IMG/VR virus record: IMGVR_UViG_2718218135_000005
Length of the DNA: 39,236 nucleotides
Strand: one strand, 5' to 3'
Origin: a virus
Taxonomy: Duplodnaviria; Heunggongvirae; Uroviricota; Caudoviricetes
The position numbers and the translations under genes were made by a program. Of this stretch, positions 37,983 through 39,236 are shown in pieces. Below the pieces are notes generated by a model that was not told the DNA's origin, did not search any database, and was given only the letters and a program-made list of their open reading frames with translations. Position 1 is the first letter of the stretch, and each line of letters starts with the position of its first letter.

Positions 37983-39236
37983 TTACGCACGAATGGTGTA
38001 ATCACCAATGCCGATCCACTTGTAAGTGGTCAGTGCTTCCAGCCCCATTGGGCCACGCGCGTGGAGTTTTTGTGTGCTTACCGCCACTTCCGCACCCAGA
38101 CCAAACTGGCCGCCGTCGGTAAAACGCGTAGAGGCGTTAACGTAAACAGCGGACGAATCCACTTCGTTAACAAAACGCTGGGCGTTGCGCATATCGCGGG
38201 TCAGGATCGCATCGGAGTGTTGTGTGCCGTGTTCACGAATATGGGCGATGGCATCGTCAAGATCGCTGACGATTTTGACGTTCAAATCTAATGACAGAAA
38301 CTCATCGTCATACTCTTCGGCTTTAACAGCAACCACCTTCGCAGGGCCTGCCTGCAACTGCGCCAGTGCAGCTGCATCTGCGTGTAATGTCACGCCGCTT
38401 TCCGCCATTTGTTTGCTTAATGCGGGCAGGAAGCTATCGGCGATGTTTTTATTCACCAGCAACGTTTCAACCGTATTACATGTGCTCGGACGCTGAGTTT
38501 TCGCGTTGACGATCACTTTTAATGCTTCAGCGATCTCTACACTTTCATCAACGTAAATATGGCATACGCCTATACCACCTGTGATCACCGGGATTGTCGA
38601 CTGTTCACGGCACAGTTTATGCAAACCAGCGCCACCACGCGGGATCAGCATGTCGATGTATTTATCCATACGCAGCATTTCACTGACCAGCGCACGGTCA
38701 GGATTATCAATCGCCTGCACGGCACCCGCCGGTAAGCCGCAGGATTTCAGGGCGTCCTGAATCACCGCCACCGTTGCAGCGTTAGTGCGACACGTTTCTT
38801 TGCCACCGCGCAGGATCACCGCATTACCGGTTTTCAGGCACAGCGAAGCGACATCAACCGTCACGTTCGGGCGCGCTTCATAAATCACGCCAATAACCCC
38901 CAGCGGTACGCGACGACGCTCAAGACGCAGGCCGCTGTCCAGTACGCTGCCATCGATTACCTGCCCCACCGGATCGGCGAGGTTACACACCTGGCGCACA
39001 TCATCGGCAATGCCTTTCAGCCGTGCGGGCGTCAGTGCCAGACGGTCAAGCATCGCTTCGCCAAGGCCATTGGCACGCGCGTCAGCAACATCCTGGGCGT
39101 TAGCGTTGAGGATGATTTCGCTTTGTGCTTCCAGTTCATCGGCGATTTTTTCCAGCACGCGATTTTTTTCGCGGCTGGAGAGTTGCGCTAATTTATACGA
39201 GGCTTGCTTCGCGGCAATGCCCATTTGTTCCAGCAT
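37983..39236 (-). CDS. proA: gamma-glutamyl phosphate reductase
   Basis: 417-aa product starting [28 protein letters not shown] matches E. coli ProA as recalled; start codon at the last bases of the window. Confidence 0.95.
   Translation of the reverse strand: MLEQMGIAAKQASYKLAQLSSREKNRVLEKIADELEAQSEIILNANAQDVADARANGLGEAMLDRLALTPARLKGIADDVRQVCNLADPVGQVIDGSVLDSGLRLERRRVPLGVIGVIYEARPNVTVDVASLCLKTGNAVILRGGKETCRTNAATVAVIQDALKSCGLPAGAVQAIDNPDRALVSEMLRMDKYIDMLIPRGGAGLHKLCREQSTIPVITGGIGVCHIYVDESVEIAEALKVIVNAKTQRPSTCNTVETLLVNKNIADSFLPALSKQMAESGVTLHADAAALAQLQAGPAKVVAVKAEEYDDEFLSLDLNVKIVSDLDDAIAHIREHGTQHSDAILTRDMRNAQRFVNEVDSSAVYVNASTRFTDGGQFGLGAEVAVSTQKLHARGPMGLEALTTYKWIGIGDYTIRA

Noticed and set aside
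37902-38496. Plus-strand ORFs of 129 and 103 aa inside proA
   Set aside because: Antisense shadow ORFs within a well-recognised host gene.
1-39236. CRISPR array
   Set aside because: No regularly spaced direct repeats with unique spacers; the only tandem repeats are the 15-bp iterons at 31651-31695 and the paired 15-bp operator-like sites.

Overview
Nearly complete mosaic temperate prophage inserted at the 3' end of tRNA-Thr (thrW) next to host proA at the right edge of the window. It combines lambdoid immunity, replication, Q and lysis modules (cI/cro, iteron-containing O-like gene, lambda R-like endolysin), HK97-type packaging and head genes, and a Mu/e14-like contractile tail ending in a Pin-type invertible tail-fibre segment. 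Morphogenesis genes are on the minus strand; cI, the pL-side early genes, xis and int are on the plus strand. Three cargo loci hold uncharacterised genes: (i) a two-gene Cys-rich zinc-ribbon module at 999-3275, in the slot where e14 carries mcrA, flanked by a short tyrosine recombinase; this is my best candidate for an undescribed defence system; (ii) an antisense two-gene moron with a PD-(D/E)xK-like signature at 23589-24594; (iii) an HNH-like gene at 26207-26953 in the Q-S hotspot. The invertase gene is frameshifted. No CRISPR array, rRNA or obvious IS element seen. All functional calls rest on motif recognition by eye; no database search was run, and GC differences are judged by eye, not computed.
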